Shown here in pieces: positions 11,945 through 23,329 of a stretch of 64,000 nt of DNA. The stretch spans positions 9,116,001-9,180,000 of the forward strand of contig CM119371.1 of assembly GCA_051294905.1 (NCBI GenBank), given 5' to 3'. Each line of letters starts with the position of its first letter. Positions within the stretch are counted from its first letter, which is position 1. The notes under the pieces are model-generated. The model searched no databases. It was given only the letters and a program-made list of their open reading frames with translations, and was not told the origin of the DNA. Both the position numbers and the translations under genes were made by a program. This DNA comes from Botryllus schlosseri (taxonomy: Eukaryota).

Positions 11945-12130
11945 CAGTTACACGCACGAAACAACACGCACTAATGAGAGATTTGTAGGTTATAGAGGAA
12001 ATATTTTTGTCTATATGAAACAAGTTTGTTCAACTGAATAATAGTAGACTCAAGCACTTTTACTTTTACTGATTTGAGATTAAAATCAGGTAATGACTGA
12101 AATTTGACCACAAGTCGCGTGCAAATTAAG
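11945..12130 (-). mobile_element. Penelope-like fragment (ORF C-terminus)
   Basis: Aligns by eye to 22490..22600 (KVLESTIIQLNKL..YNLQISH vs KALESTIIQLTKP..YNLQISH). Confidence 0.65.
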
Positions 12131-12345
12131 AAGTTTTACAACTCATGTCCGACTCCAAATCCAGAATTAATTCATTCTTATATTTAAATTCAAGTCACAA
12201 TTTGAGTATCCGTGCTACAATTTCTTCGATAGTCGCCCAAATGAGATAGAAAAGCTACGGCAAATTCAATGCCAAGTCCAAATCCATCTTCAAAATAATC
12301 GTAAATCCATACCCTAATCGCATATCTGGAACATTTGCGTTCCAG

Positions 12346-12478
12346 ATACCAATTGACCGGGTTTCAAGGGAACGAGTTCGAAACCACCCTCGAATGTCAG
12401 ACTGGGGCGACTTGGGACAGAGAGAAACCGACCTGCATACGAAAACGATGCCTGCCTTCCTTTGAACAACTCGTTGGG
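12346..12478 (+). CDS. Orphan sushi exon (second half of one domain plus start of the next), out of phase with gene A exon 9
   Basis: ttccag|A-YQLTGFQGNEFETTLECQTGATWDREKPTCIRKRCLPSFEQLVG|gtatgc; needs a phase-2 upstream exon that I cannot find. Confidence 0.7.
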
Positions 12479-13184
12479 GTATGCTTTTTATGGCTGTTCA
12501 CGGATAATAATATTCAAACTTTGCTGGCTTGTTGAAGAATTTGTTAGCTTTGCTACAAAAAATGCTGCACACCGCATTTGGCTCGATTTCAACCTGTAGA
12601 ATAGAACCAATGACCGTAGAAACTTGAAGATTTACCATTAAATTAAAAAAAAGGACTGGAAGAATACTATTTTGGTTGGGTAATTCTATAATCCTAAATA
12701 CTATTTATTTTCATATTCAAAATTTTCCACCTCAAGAACTCTTCTAAGGTTGGGAATGAAGCAAAATTCCGTATACAGCGTTTCCAGACAAACTAACAAA
12801 TTCGTGAGGTAGATGAATATATAAAAATGGTGATACATATACCGATTTTTATTAATCACTGTGTTGCATGTTGTTATTTTTATACCTCCAATAAAGACTT
12901 TCGTTATAGAAAACATAAAATATTCCATTCTTTTGGCTCCGCTTATACGAGTTTCAATTGAGCCAAATTCGATGTGCATTGTTTTTAGATAACACAAGAA
13001 TGTCATGGGCTGTGTAAAATTTAAAAACAAGTTATTATAATGATTTATTATTTTCTATTATCATAGCTTCGCTTCTACAGTTTGCAATTGAGCCGAATCA
13101 ATAAGCCAGTGAAAAAATCAGTTATGTTTGAACCTTACTGCTTATTGTTGAATAAGTTTTTATTTTTAATTTTGTGTTGTTCAG

Positions 13185-13349
13185 CGTCGACCAAACGGCA
13201 CGATCTCGTGCTCGGAGGAAGACCTCCTCGGGTCGACTTGCTTGCTCCTGTGTGACGAAGGGTTCGAAGTACGAGGGGAATTCAGAACTCAGTGTGTTGG
13301 AGACGCGAAATGGAGCAAGAGCATCGGATTTTGCACCAGCGAATCTTGA
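13185..13349 (+). CDS. Orphan sushi exon in frame with 12346..12478; ends in a stop or a GC donor
   Basis: gttcag|RRPNGTISCSEEDLLGSTCLLLCDEGFEVRGEFRTQCVGDAKWSKSIGFCT; the expected phase-1 donor reads gcgaat and read-through gives SES-TGA. Confidence 0.7.
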   Translation, partial: RRPNGTISCSEEDLLGSTCLLLCDEGFEVRGEFRTQCVGDAKWSKSIGFCTSES

Positions 13350-14904
13350 GATCGCTCGAGTACATTTTTAACGCGACTTGACTCGATTCGGATGTGGTTT
13401 GACTCAAATTTGAATTTTTGAGGCGATTTCAAGGGGTCGAGTATCCAGTAATTGGACCTTCAAAATTGCGATTTAACTTTTAGTCTTATCGCACGCGGAG
13501 CGCTAAATTTTTTTCGAGCTCTTTAATGAATTTCGCCGACAATGTCGGTAGTGTCACGTATTACTGTCTAAATGTTCTGCATTCTCAGCCCACGTGATCC
13601 GATCAACTAGTAGAGCTGATGGAGGGGGTACAAAATGATGATGCATCTTCCGGTTGTTGTTATTAATCACTTCATTGCACGTTGTTATTTTTATACCTCT
13701 CATCAGGATTTTCGGTACAGTCAAATATATTCAGGTTGAATTAAAATCTCTCGAAGATTTGGAAACCAATTCTCAAAATCAAATAGCATATTGACGGTCG
13801 GAAACACATGCTAATATAATTATGTGTAGACTGCCGCATAGTTATTGTTTTGCGGCTGCGTGCGGCCGTACGTCCGTACAGGTTAGCCGCTTGGCTTGAT
13901 CGAAATGAGGATGAGCAAGGCTGCAACGTGCTATGTATACTAGTCAAGACTCGAGGCTACCGGACAACCATAACACAAACTCGACCCCCCTGACATCCTG
14001 GCTATGCCACTTCAATGATGTACACTGCGCCGTTCATGAGTTTGTCTCAGATAGTACCAATTCAAAATGTCTGAGCTTTCGCGACGGTTTCCTCGAGAAT
14101 CATTGTAGACAGATATTGCAAGCTGAACACACGTTACCTCCATCGTGTTCTAGTCCAAAAGGAACCGATACGTCCATGACCAACGGTTAAATGACGAGCA
14201 GGGAGATTTGCTTACGACATCACAAAAGGAATGTAATTTACAAGCTGCATATAGTTGATATGAACATTCTGCAATGTTGTAGGCCTACGTCCAATCAACC
14301 TGTTCTGAACCATAAACTCGGCTATTTATAGTGATAGCTAGTCATCGGCCCATTGTAATAACAATCTGGTACATCGCAGTACATCTACCTACACATCCAT
14401 CCCGTGGGCAGCATCTGGCTCGACAGGCGATTTCATCCGGTCCGCCAAGCCATTCTGAATACATTGAAAAAAGCTTGTAGATTGAAATAGTTCTAACAAA
14501 TGCACAGTTGCACAGTTCCACAGTTCTAACAAAGGTTGCGATCTTATATTAAGAAATACTTTCCACTATGCAGCAAATGTTAAAGTCATAGGCCACATTG
14601 TAACTATCCGACAGCGGTGCTGTGGCTTCACTCTAGTTACCATCAAAAACAAGTCGGTGACACTGACACGCAATTTCGAGAACGCAAAAGAGTGCACTCT
14701 GAGTTCCAATTTGAATAGAAAATGAACCAAAACTCAGTTATTCACAGAAGCGAAAAAGCCAAAGGTAAACCGTTATATGGAGATCACATGGAGAATACAA
14801 TACTTACACAAAAGTATAATTAAAATATACCGCGCACTGTGGTACCACTTCTGGCAAAAAAGATCCCCGGCCACCAGAGAAACACGAATCTCCATCAATA
14901 ATAA

Positions 14905-16506
14905 CACTGCGCAACAATTTTGAATGAAGAGTTTGTTGACTTTGCTTTTCCACTTGATTTATGCTAATTCTCGCGTGCTGATTCCAAAAAATGCCGCTGG
15001 TTTTCTTCTATCACGTCAAGTTTTTGCTCTACAAATTACGCCCAAAATATGCAAATTTTCACGAATTTAGCCATATTACTTTTCCATACCATATAGTAAT
15101 CCAAACTTTTATTTTATAACAAGTTATATAGACAAGGGGTCAATTGAATTCTTAAGAAAAAAGGTACTGCTATCGATCTAGGCCGATGCTTTCACCCATT
15201 TTTGGTTAGAGGATGAAATTATCCGAGGATAATTCAGAAACATATTTGATGCAAACTGCAAGTTAAAATATTTAGTATTTAGTATCAGTTAAAGGTCCAA
15301 TGCCATATTCATATTATCCAGTACAACTTGAAACTCCTATACGCCCCATAATTTGGATCAAGATGAAGATCTAGGGGATAGTAGGCCTAATGCTGAAGAT
15401 TTTTGAAATCTAAGATGATTCAAAACGTAGAGTAGTCCATCGACATAAGTTAAATGATCTGGCATAGGCTTTGTGACTAGGAATAGAAATATTCGGAACT
15501 TTTAGCATCCTTACGAATAGAGAAAAGATTACTTGGCAAGAGTGATAAGATATCTCACTTTCGATCGTCAGAAACGGCGTTTTCATCGTAGGGCTACTTT
15601 CGGTAGCTTTGTGTATTGCCGTGATACCGGGATTGGCATGATACTGTTACCATGGGTTGCTGCAGGAGTTGGGAATCTCGATTTACAACTCAAGTGATTG
15701 ACAAATGTCTATCGGTAGCTCAAAAGGATCCTAAAGTGTTGCATTCTTCAAAATGGCAACGTCTTAGGAGCAGTAACAATTGCACTCTCAGTTAGCCTTC
15801 GTAAATAATACAGAAACATTGATAATAATACAGAAAATTGAATTGTTGCAATATCACAAGAACGATTGGATCATATGTGTCAGCTTTGAAATATTGTGTT
15901 TTCTAAGTGGCCAGACAATAAGGATACACAATCGCATATGTAACCCTAATACACATGTGCCACTGTTATATGTTGTGTCGGAAAGCAGACATTCAAAAAA
16001 GCCTAAATATCCAAATAATTTCCCGGAAATCCTTGGCATATAGTCAGCGATGGACAAGGAGAAAATGCCCGCCAACATCTGAAGATGATGAGGGTAATAC
16101 CAGAGTAGATTTGAGCCTTTATATGTTAGCTGACTATTGCTCGAGTATCAAAAGAGACAATCCACATAATTATGAGTTATTAGCGAGAATTTAGACCCTG
16201 AAACTCGCACTTTATTTGCCCTGCAGAAGCAATATCAGTTTAAATCAACAAAATAAAGCAATACAAATGTTTATTTGAAGTCCATTGGTTTACTTTCGAC
16301 TGCATGTGGTTTTTGATACGTTTTATTCAAGAAACAAAAATATTAAATGTTGTACTTTTATGTGGGTCATGAGATAATGCGATGGGTGCCTAACCCAAAA
16401 ACGTGACGTGATTGAGAAGAACGGAAGTCATTTTTGAATTCAGCGCCTAAAAGTTAGTCACAATCAATTGTCTGATCAAAGTCAGCAACAATCGTGTTGA
16501 CCAGTG
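14905..16506 (+). mobile_element. Chapaev3-like DNA transposon relic
   Basis: CACTG..CAGTG termini flanked by taa/tag; decayed transposase text IQKIELLQYHKNDWIICVSFEILCFLSGQ and FPEILG..SDGQGE..MLADYCSSIKRD. Family name is from recalled motifs. Confidence 0.65.
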
Positions 16507-18584
16507 TAGTGTAGTGAACCAAATTCTAACGTCCGCGTTCACATTTAAATCTCTTGAATTCCTCATAACGCACCCGCAGAGCTATCGCATGATTGCGACT
16601 AAAACAAAGGAAGTGCTGACATATGCCAACCTATTTCGTCATAACAGTCACCGTTCTATCGGTATAATAATTGTATTCAACTGGCCAATCATCGAATCTT
16701 TGCCAATTCCATTGTTTGCGAAAAATCTAGTGCTAAAATTTAGTCCCTATGATCCGCAATGTGATATAATATACTGTTATGTATAGAGGATTGATAATTA
16801 AGTATTCAAGCGAAAAACAAGGTCGTGAATTTAGAGGGAGCATTTTCGAACCATTTGACTGGTGCGGCCCGTGAGTGATTTGAAGGTTGAAATCTGACAC
16901 CCCTGCCCTAGGGTGTACGATACATCCGGTTAAAGAGCCTTGGACTACGATGTCAGTTTATACATAATTTCCACATAACAAAACGCCACAATACTGTAAT
17001 ACAATGAAAATATATCAATTCGCCGTAACGACTTGAAGTAGTCTTTGAAATCAGCACCCCACCTGGAACTAGGCGATGCAAAGAAGAGACATGCACATTA
17101 GGGCTGTTCAAAAATAACCCTTTTTCCTGAATCTTGCTGGCTACGTGATTAAATCGTTAGGTTACCTTAAAAAACGACGCACACCAAATTTGAATTCATT
17201 CCAACCAATATTCGCGGTTTTCGTAGAGTTTGAAAATTTTGAATTTTCCCAAAATCGCAAAATTTTTTTTTTTTCAAATTTTTCTGCCAACCTCATGAAA
17301 TTGTTGGGCTGTCTCCAAAAACTATGCAAAACAAATTTGACTCGATTCCAAGCCGTAGAAGCGGAGTTATTTCAGTTTTTCTTTGATAATTCTGGGATTA
17401 TCCTTGATCGGTGGATATTGTAACGGGTGAATCACTGTAGTCGCGTGCAGGGGTTTTTCCTGCACATGTTTTGTTGTACAGTTCCCTCGGAATTGTTTTT
17501 TTTTTATTTTATTTTCGTATTTTTTTCATTTAGAGCGATTAAAATATAGGTGACCGTTTCCAATATATGCAGGAACTACTGGAAAAAACCAAAGTGTCGC
17601 GTGTTAGCATGAAGGCCGCTGATGCTTGCTTACATGAATGTAGCAATCTACTACCAACTTCAATCAGGAGTTTTCAACCTTATTTTGGCCGTGGCCCATT
17701 TTCTGGTTTGAAAATGTTATGTGGCCCACCTCTTATCCCACAGTCACAATACTGTTCAATGCGTGGTAATCACCGTTGCTGAAAATATGCCTGTTTTTAT
17801 AAAATGTGTGCATTTTTTTTTTCTTACCACTATATTTAAATCTAGGCCTCCAGGGAAATAACCCATTCCAAAGAATAATGTGCTGCGCTAGATCCTCAAT
17901 ACCATATAATTAGTTTCGTTGGTGCCGTATACTTCCACAGGAAGTTGATAATTGGCAGTAAATTGCAATTCTCACTATTTTCATGTTACAATAATACGAC
18001 CTACCGAGGCACGCGAAATTTTATTGAAAGCACAAGGGGTACGATCGCTAAAAAGGTCAAGAAACACTGCTATTACTATGGCACCATCATTCATTATATT
18101 TAAGTTGTTGTTAATCTGTTCCAGTGATCGAAGGCACATCTAACGCTGATTGAATTATCAGGATTAAACCAGAAACCTGGATTAGGCTATACACTGCGCA
18201 AATGCTCTGATATCAGATCAACCTTTGGTAAATTCTAAGATATTCTGCGTATAATTGTGGTAGTTCAAATGTCCGATAGCTGCAATATTATAACGCGACA
18301 GCTGTTACGATATCATGGTGCATTTTTAAGACGAATTATACCCTGCACAAAAATGTGATTCTATTTCGTGCAAAGCATGAATAGTACAATAGTAAATTAC
18401 ATTTTGACGATGCCTGTAGAATGCCAGCCTGCAAGGTTTCGTCAAATAAGGCTTACTTAATTATACATTGAATACGCCTATTATATTGATGGTGCGGCCC
18501 GCGGCGCCTTCAAAAACTAGGAAATTGGCCCGCGAGCACGTTTTAGTTTGAGACCCCTGGCCTAAAGCATGTAGATAGAATCAG

Positions 18585-19866
18585 CAGAGGTGGTCAGTAA
18601 CGAAGTACTTCTACTTTTGGGAAGTACTCAAGTAGTTTTCCTCTACTTCTGGTGCTTTCTCAAGTAGATCTGATTTTCTCTACTTCTACTTCTACTTCGT
18701 AATATTTTGTGATCTACTTACTTACTTTTCGCTATTTTCAGTTTGTCAAGTAGAGGTAGTTTAATCCGCCAATACGAAAGATAGCCTAAGGTATTTCGGG
18801 GCCGTTTTCACGGAGTACCAACATTTAGTATTCATAAAAGTCAAGTAAAGCCGAGAAATTTTGTTGCGCTTCGCGAACAGTAGTTATGGAGTGACAAATA
18901 TGTATTCGCGAAAGTATCAGTGAATATAATTTGGGGACTGGATTGCATGGTTCCGCTAACACCGCATTGTCGCCCATATCAAATATTTCATCACAGTAAA
19001 TAAGGCTCACCATAACGTTTGTAACTACCGTTTCGCAATCTAGCAATTATCTCTCGTATCGTAATCTAGCAGCCCATGACGTGTCCTGCTAATCTGGAAA
19101 ATCAGACTTTTTTGAACGTTTCACCTGTTTTAGTAGATCACCTTTGAAGCTTTATTGACAAAAGACATGAAATATATTTTCCGCTTTTTAGAAGTGGTAT
19201 TTGTATTTCACTTTCAATTCCGAGTATCAAACATTTAGTTCTAATTACTCTCAGTTCTTTTATCTGCAGAACATACATTTTGAAGCACAAAAGCAAGTGT
19301 AGTAGTGTCTCTATTTACGAAAATAAAGCTACAGTAAATATAAATTTTACTATCCACAATATTTGTTATTAACGAATACTAATCACGCAAAGTGTTGAAA
19401 CCGTATCCGATAATACTTTTCCGTGTTGCTCTTTGCCTAAATCTGGGGCCCTATAATATGGGGTAGGGCGCCATGCCATGATATTCTCTAGAACGGGGTA
19501 TTCTAGTAAAGAAAGGGTTAGTATCACATTTTCATATCAATACTATAATTTGCGTCCCATGATGCGGACAAATGTTTATTCTGTCGGAAATTGATACCTC
19601 CTTGGATGCATCAATACGAATCAAGCTCTCTGCACCGTCCACATAGCTCAATTTGCAGCTTTTGACATTCCATGCGAACGAATTAAGACTGTTTTCAAAA
19701 CTATTTACTTACTTGAGTAGATTTAAAGTCAGTCAATTCTATTTCTACTTCAAGTAGTTTTAGGTGGCTTATGGAAGAAGTACTTCGACTCGCACTTGAG
19801 TAGAATTTTTCGTCGCTACTTCTACTTCTAATTGAGTTGCTTTCTTGACTACTTTGACCACCTCTG
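18585..19866. mobile_element. Non-autonomous hAT-like element with CTACTT subterminal repeats
   Basis: TIR cagaggtggtca/tgaccacctctg; TSD agaatcag/gtaatcag; related fragments at about 4560..4743 and 36040..36240. Confidence 0.75.
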
Positions 19867-19989
19867 GTAATCAGTAGCGATTTATGTGAATTTCAAGGGA
19901 AACAGTACTTTATTACCGTTGATCACTACTCAGATTATTTTGAAGTAGATCGACTAACCTCGCAGATTCTACAGCAGTTATTCTCCGCT

Positions 19990-20375
19990 TAAAATCCCAT
20001 ATAGCAAATGAAATCAGGCTAGGTACTACAATCGTGGTGCAAAAGACCTCGCCCTGTTTCGTCCTGGTCAACAGTTTCTATTTAAAAGGAGAGAACATGA
20101 CTTCTGGCTCGAAGCAGTGGTGATTGAACAGCTGAATGACAGATCTTACATTGTCAAAGCGACGGATGGAATGACCTACCGACGTAATATAAAATTTATT
20201 CGAACTCTGTAACTCGCCCTGATGGTGCATTTGACTTTGACGACATTTCTATTGCCAGACCAACAGTAGTTGTGAACAGCGACGCGAATGGGTCATTATC
20301 TGGTTCAAGTCGCAGCAGGCCAAGCCGGACATTAATTTGGCCAGCATACTTGCAAGACTATATTACAACTTGATT
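19990..20375 (+). mobile_element. Gypsy LTR retrotransposon integrase C-terminal relic; putative PPT and 3' LTR at about 21933..22138
   Basis: QARYYNRGAKDLALFRPGQ..WLEAVVIEQLNDRSYIVKATDGMTYRRNIKFIR and ..PAYLQDY; purine tract gagaagtgga then TGTT lies beyond the nested hAT. Confidence 0.7.
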
Positions 20376-20400
20376 CGTTACTGTAATTTATGTTTTAGTG

Positions 20401-21894
20401 CAGTGATTCTCAAAGTGGGCGCCAGCACCCCTTGGGGCGTTCGCGAGTGCGATGAGGGCGCTGGCCATGAAATGGGCGATTGGGGGGGCGGTGGCTGTGA
20501 AATTAAACGGTAGAGGGGGCGCTGAGAGCAAGCGGGGGTATTGTAGGTTTAGAAGACAACGGCTGCGTGGTGTCGAAGCGATTGATGAATAATGCAGCTA
20601 AATACGCACTAAAATTGCAAAATCGATACAGTGAGGCAATTTAAGGTCGTCCGTCAATTTAATCAGCTGTACCAGAAAAGTCTATTGCTACTTGACAATG
20701 TTGATCCTGCTCATCAATGGACTAATTTATCAGTCGACTGAATTCCTTGACAGCGTAGTTCATTGTGCGCTATGAGAACTATAGTTACGAAGTATTTGAG
20801 CAGTTATTGCTCACTGCGAGGTGTGACGGCTTGCGTGATTTGAATCTCTGTTTCAAAGGAACGTGGATTTTCCACAATGCTGGAACCATGGCCTTCCACA
20901 CAGCGTTCTGGTTGCGAGAAACGATATCGCTTCTACTTGACGGACATATTCTTCAAAATTTATAAGCATAATATATCCGTTTTCAGTACTGATTAAACCT
21001 GAGCAAAGTGAAAATGGCACTACTCGCATTCAGTGACAAACCATAGTGATATATTACAGAAAGTTCGCGAGATGTGAACTGTTGTAATTCTCAAGCTTTC
21101 CCGAGATACTGGTCTAGCTCGCATACCCGATATTGATGGAAAATCACAAATCAATCATCTCAGAAAACTGCACAAGAATATGGCGATTTGATTCCAGGAT
21201 ATATTCCAATTAGAAATTCCTTACCGGATAATCAATCCATTCTGCAATGTTTTCGAGCACGACATGATTGGGGAGCTGGTTTCAATATAGAACAATTTTG
21301 AGTTCAAACCAAAGTTCAATATCTCCAATCAGTCCTTCTGGGTACACGAATAGATCAAATATAGGTAGCCAACTCTCACTGGAGTCGGGTTGACAATTTC
21401 ACCGTTGCCCCTGCCCGCTCATTTTTGATAGAACGTGTTTTCAGTACCGCAACAAAGTTTATGACCCACAGCAGAAACCGTTTTGACATTACGGGATTAT
21501 TATTATTACAACACATCACGGCGGTGCTTATAGCCTATTTTAAGGCTTTGTGCTCCACGACAGGATATATCTCACACGGTTCAATGCATTTCTTCATGTT
21601 CAATTTCTCTTGCACTCTCTCAGTCTCTGTATCTCCAGGCGTTCATCGGTTCTTTTGCCGTCATTTCTGGGATTGGAGATTTCAGAATGAGATTGTTCTT
21701 ATCAAATGTCAAGACTAATATAACGTGCATGATAGTAATAACTCACCAGCATTATCCGTTTCATTATTATAGCTGTCATAAATGCAGAACAAGTTTCGTT
21801 TTCTCATTTAGACGTGGGGAGGGGGTGTCGGGGGCTCTGACACTTTATTCGCTGTCCAGGGGGGCGGCAGCTCAAAAAAGTTTGGGAAACACTG
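20401..21894 (+). mobile_element. Buster/Charlie-type hAT with decayed transposase
   Basis: TIR cagtgattctcaaa/tttgggaaacactg; perfect TSD ttttagtg; remnants LLHCEV, FQDIFQLEIPYxIINPF, LIERVFS. Confidence 0.85.
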
Positions 21895-22199
21895 TTTTAG
21901 TGCAAGTTCGTTGTATCTGTTTTTTGATGTTTTGAGAAGTGGATGTTACGTAGATTATTGCATATTATGATGATGATTCTCAGCAGTGTAGTAAGATATG
22001 ACGTCATATCATGCCCAACTAAGCATGACCATATCACTCGTACTTTACCGCCTTTTTCGTTCACTCTTTTCTGGTTGCTCCGCTCGGATACGGTAATAAA
22101 TGCAGATGCAAAAACAATAAAGGACACTTTCGCAACCTAAAGCGCCGTGGGCCGCGGTATTACAATATGGTTACATAAATAAGCTACGCTTTAGCAATT

Positions 22200-23329
22200 A
22201 AACAGTTGGTTTGTGGTACAGAACTTGAAGATAGCTTTCAATACAACATCCATTGTAGTAAAATATTTATTCAACTCGAAGACTTTTCGGGTGCCTCTTT
22301 TCAAGAGTTATCGGCACACTGAAGGGATTTAAACAGAATGAAAAGCAAAACCAGAAAGGCGAAGTATGACGGAACGATCAGAAATTACATACCATGAAGT
22401 CCGCAATGGAACAATAGCAACAATAACAAACTTGAAGTGTACTGTACTGTAGTAACATAGTAATTTGAAACTAAACAATAACAAACACGAAATAGAACGC
22501 ACTAATGGGAAATTTGTAAGTTATACAGAAAAACTTTTTGTCTACATAAAATAGGCTTGGTCAATTGGATGATTGTTGATTCTAGGGCTTTCAAATCAAA
22601 CAAGGATCTGCCTCGCGCAATGACAGTAAACATTTGGTCATTATAGTTTTAAGCACAAGAAGGGTTCTCACTTAAATGTTGGCCAATTGCCCAAGCGTAT
22701 GCTTGGTAATCGTCGCAACAGTCGGTTTTGGCGGCTAATTTGCATTGTCGTGCGAACTCCGTACGGTCATTTGCGCAAGTTTTTGAGCGAACAATTTGGG
22801 AATGTGTTGCGTTATCCGTTCAAACAATCTTTGTGATGTACGTCCCACATACCTACTATCACAGTGGCACTTTAATTCGTAGACGACGTTACTTGCATTT
22901 AAAGCAGGAAGTACATCCTTTCGGAAGTTTGGCAGAAGTGGTTTGGTTGTATACACCAAATGCGCATTTACACTATAATAACAACGGTGCACCGCCGATT
23001 TGATCAACTTTACAAACCGATTGGACACATTGCCTAGCCAAGGTAGATGTAAAAATGCCGGGCATTTTTATGATCCATAATTGAGAGGTTGATCCGAACG
23101 TTTTAACACTCTTGCGAAGGAGCATTTCAATATATGCTCGGGATAGCCATTTTTTGATAGGATAGAATGGATCTCATCCAATTCACGTGGCAATTTTTCT
23201 GGCGAACAGATGCGCAAGGCTCGTTGAACCAGAGTTGATATTAGGTTGAGTTAACTCTTGAAAAGAGGCACCCGAAAAGTCTTCGAGTTGAATAAATATT
23301 TTACTACAATGGATGTTGTATTGAAAGCT
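22200..23329 (-). mobile_element. Penelope-like retroelement, 5' truncated, with inverted terminal segment
   Basis: GIY-YIG ORF NVVYELKCHCDSRYVGRTSQRLFERITQH (22735..23028); 78-bp inverted repeat 22233..22310 / 23252..23329; flanking direct repeat gctttagcaatt. Confidence 0.9.
23253..23289 (+). ncRNA. Minimal hammerhead ribozyme-like motif (U3-A8 variant); second copy 22273..22309 on minus
   Basis: AACTC-TTGAAAA-GAGGCACCC-GAAA-AGTCTT-C-GAGTT: stem I AACTC/GAGTT, core UUGAAAA..GAAA, UUC cleavage triplet. Confidence 0.6.
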
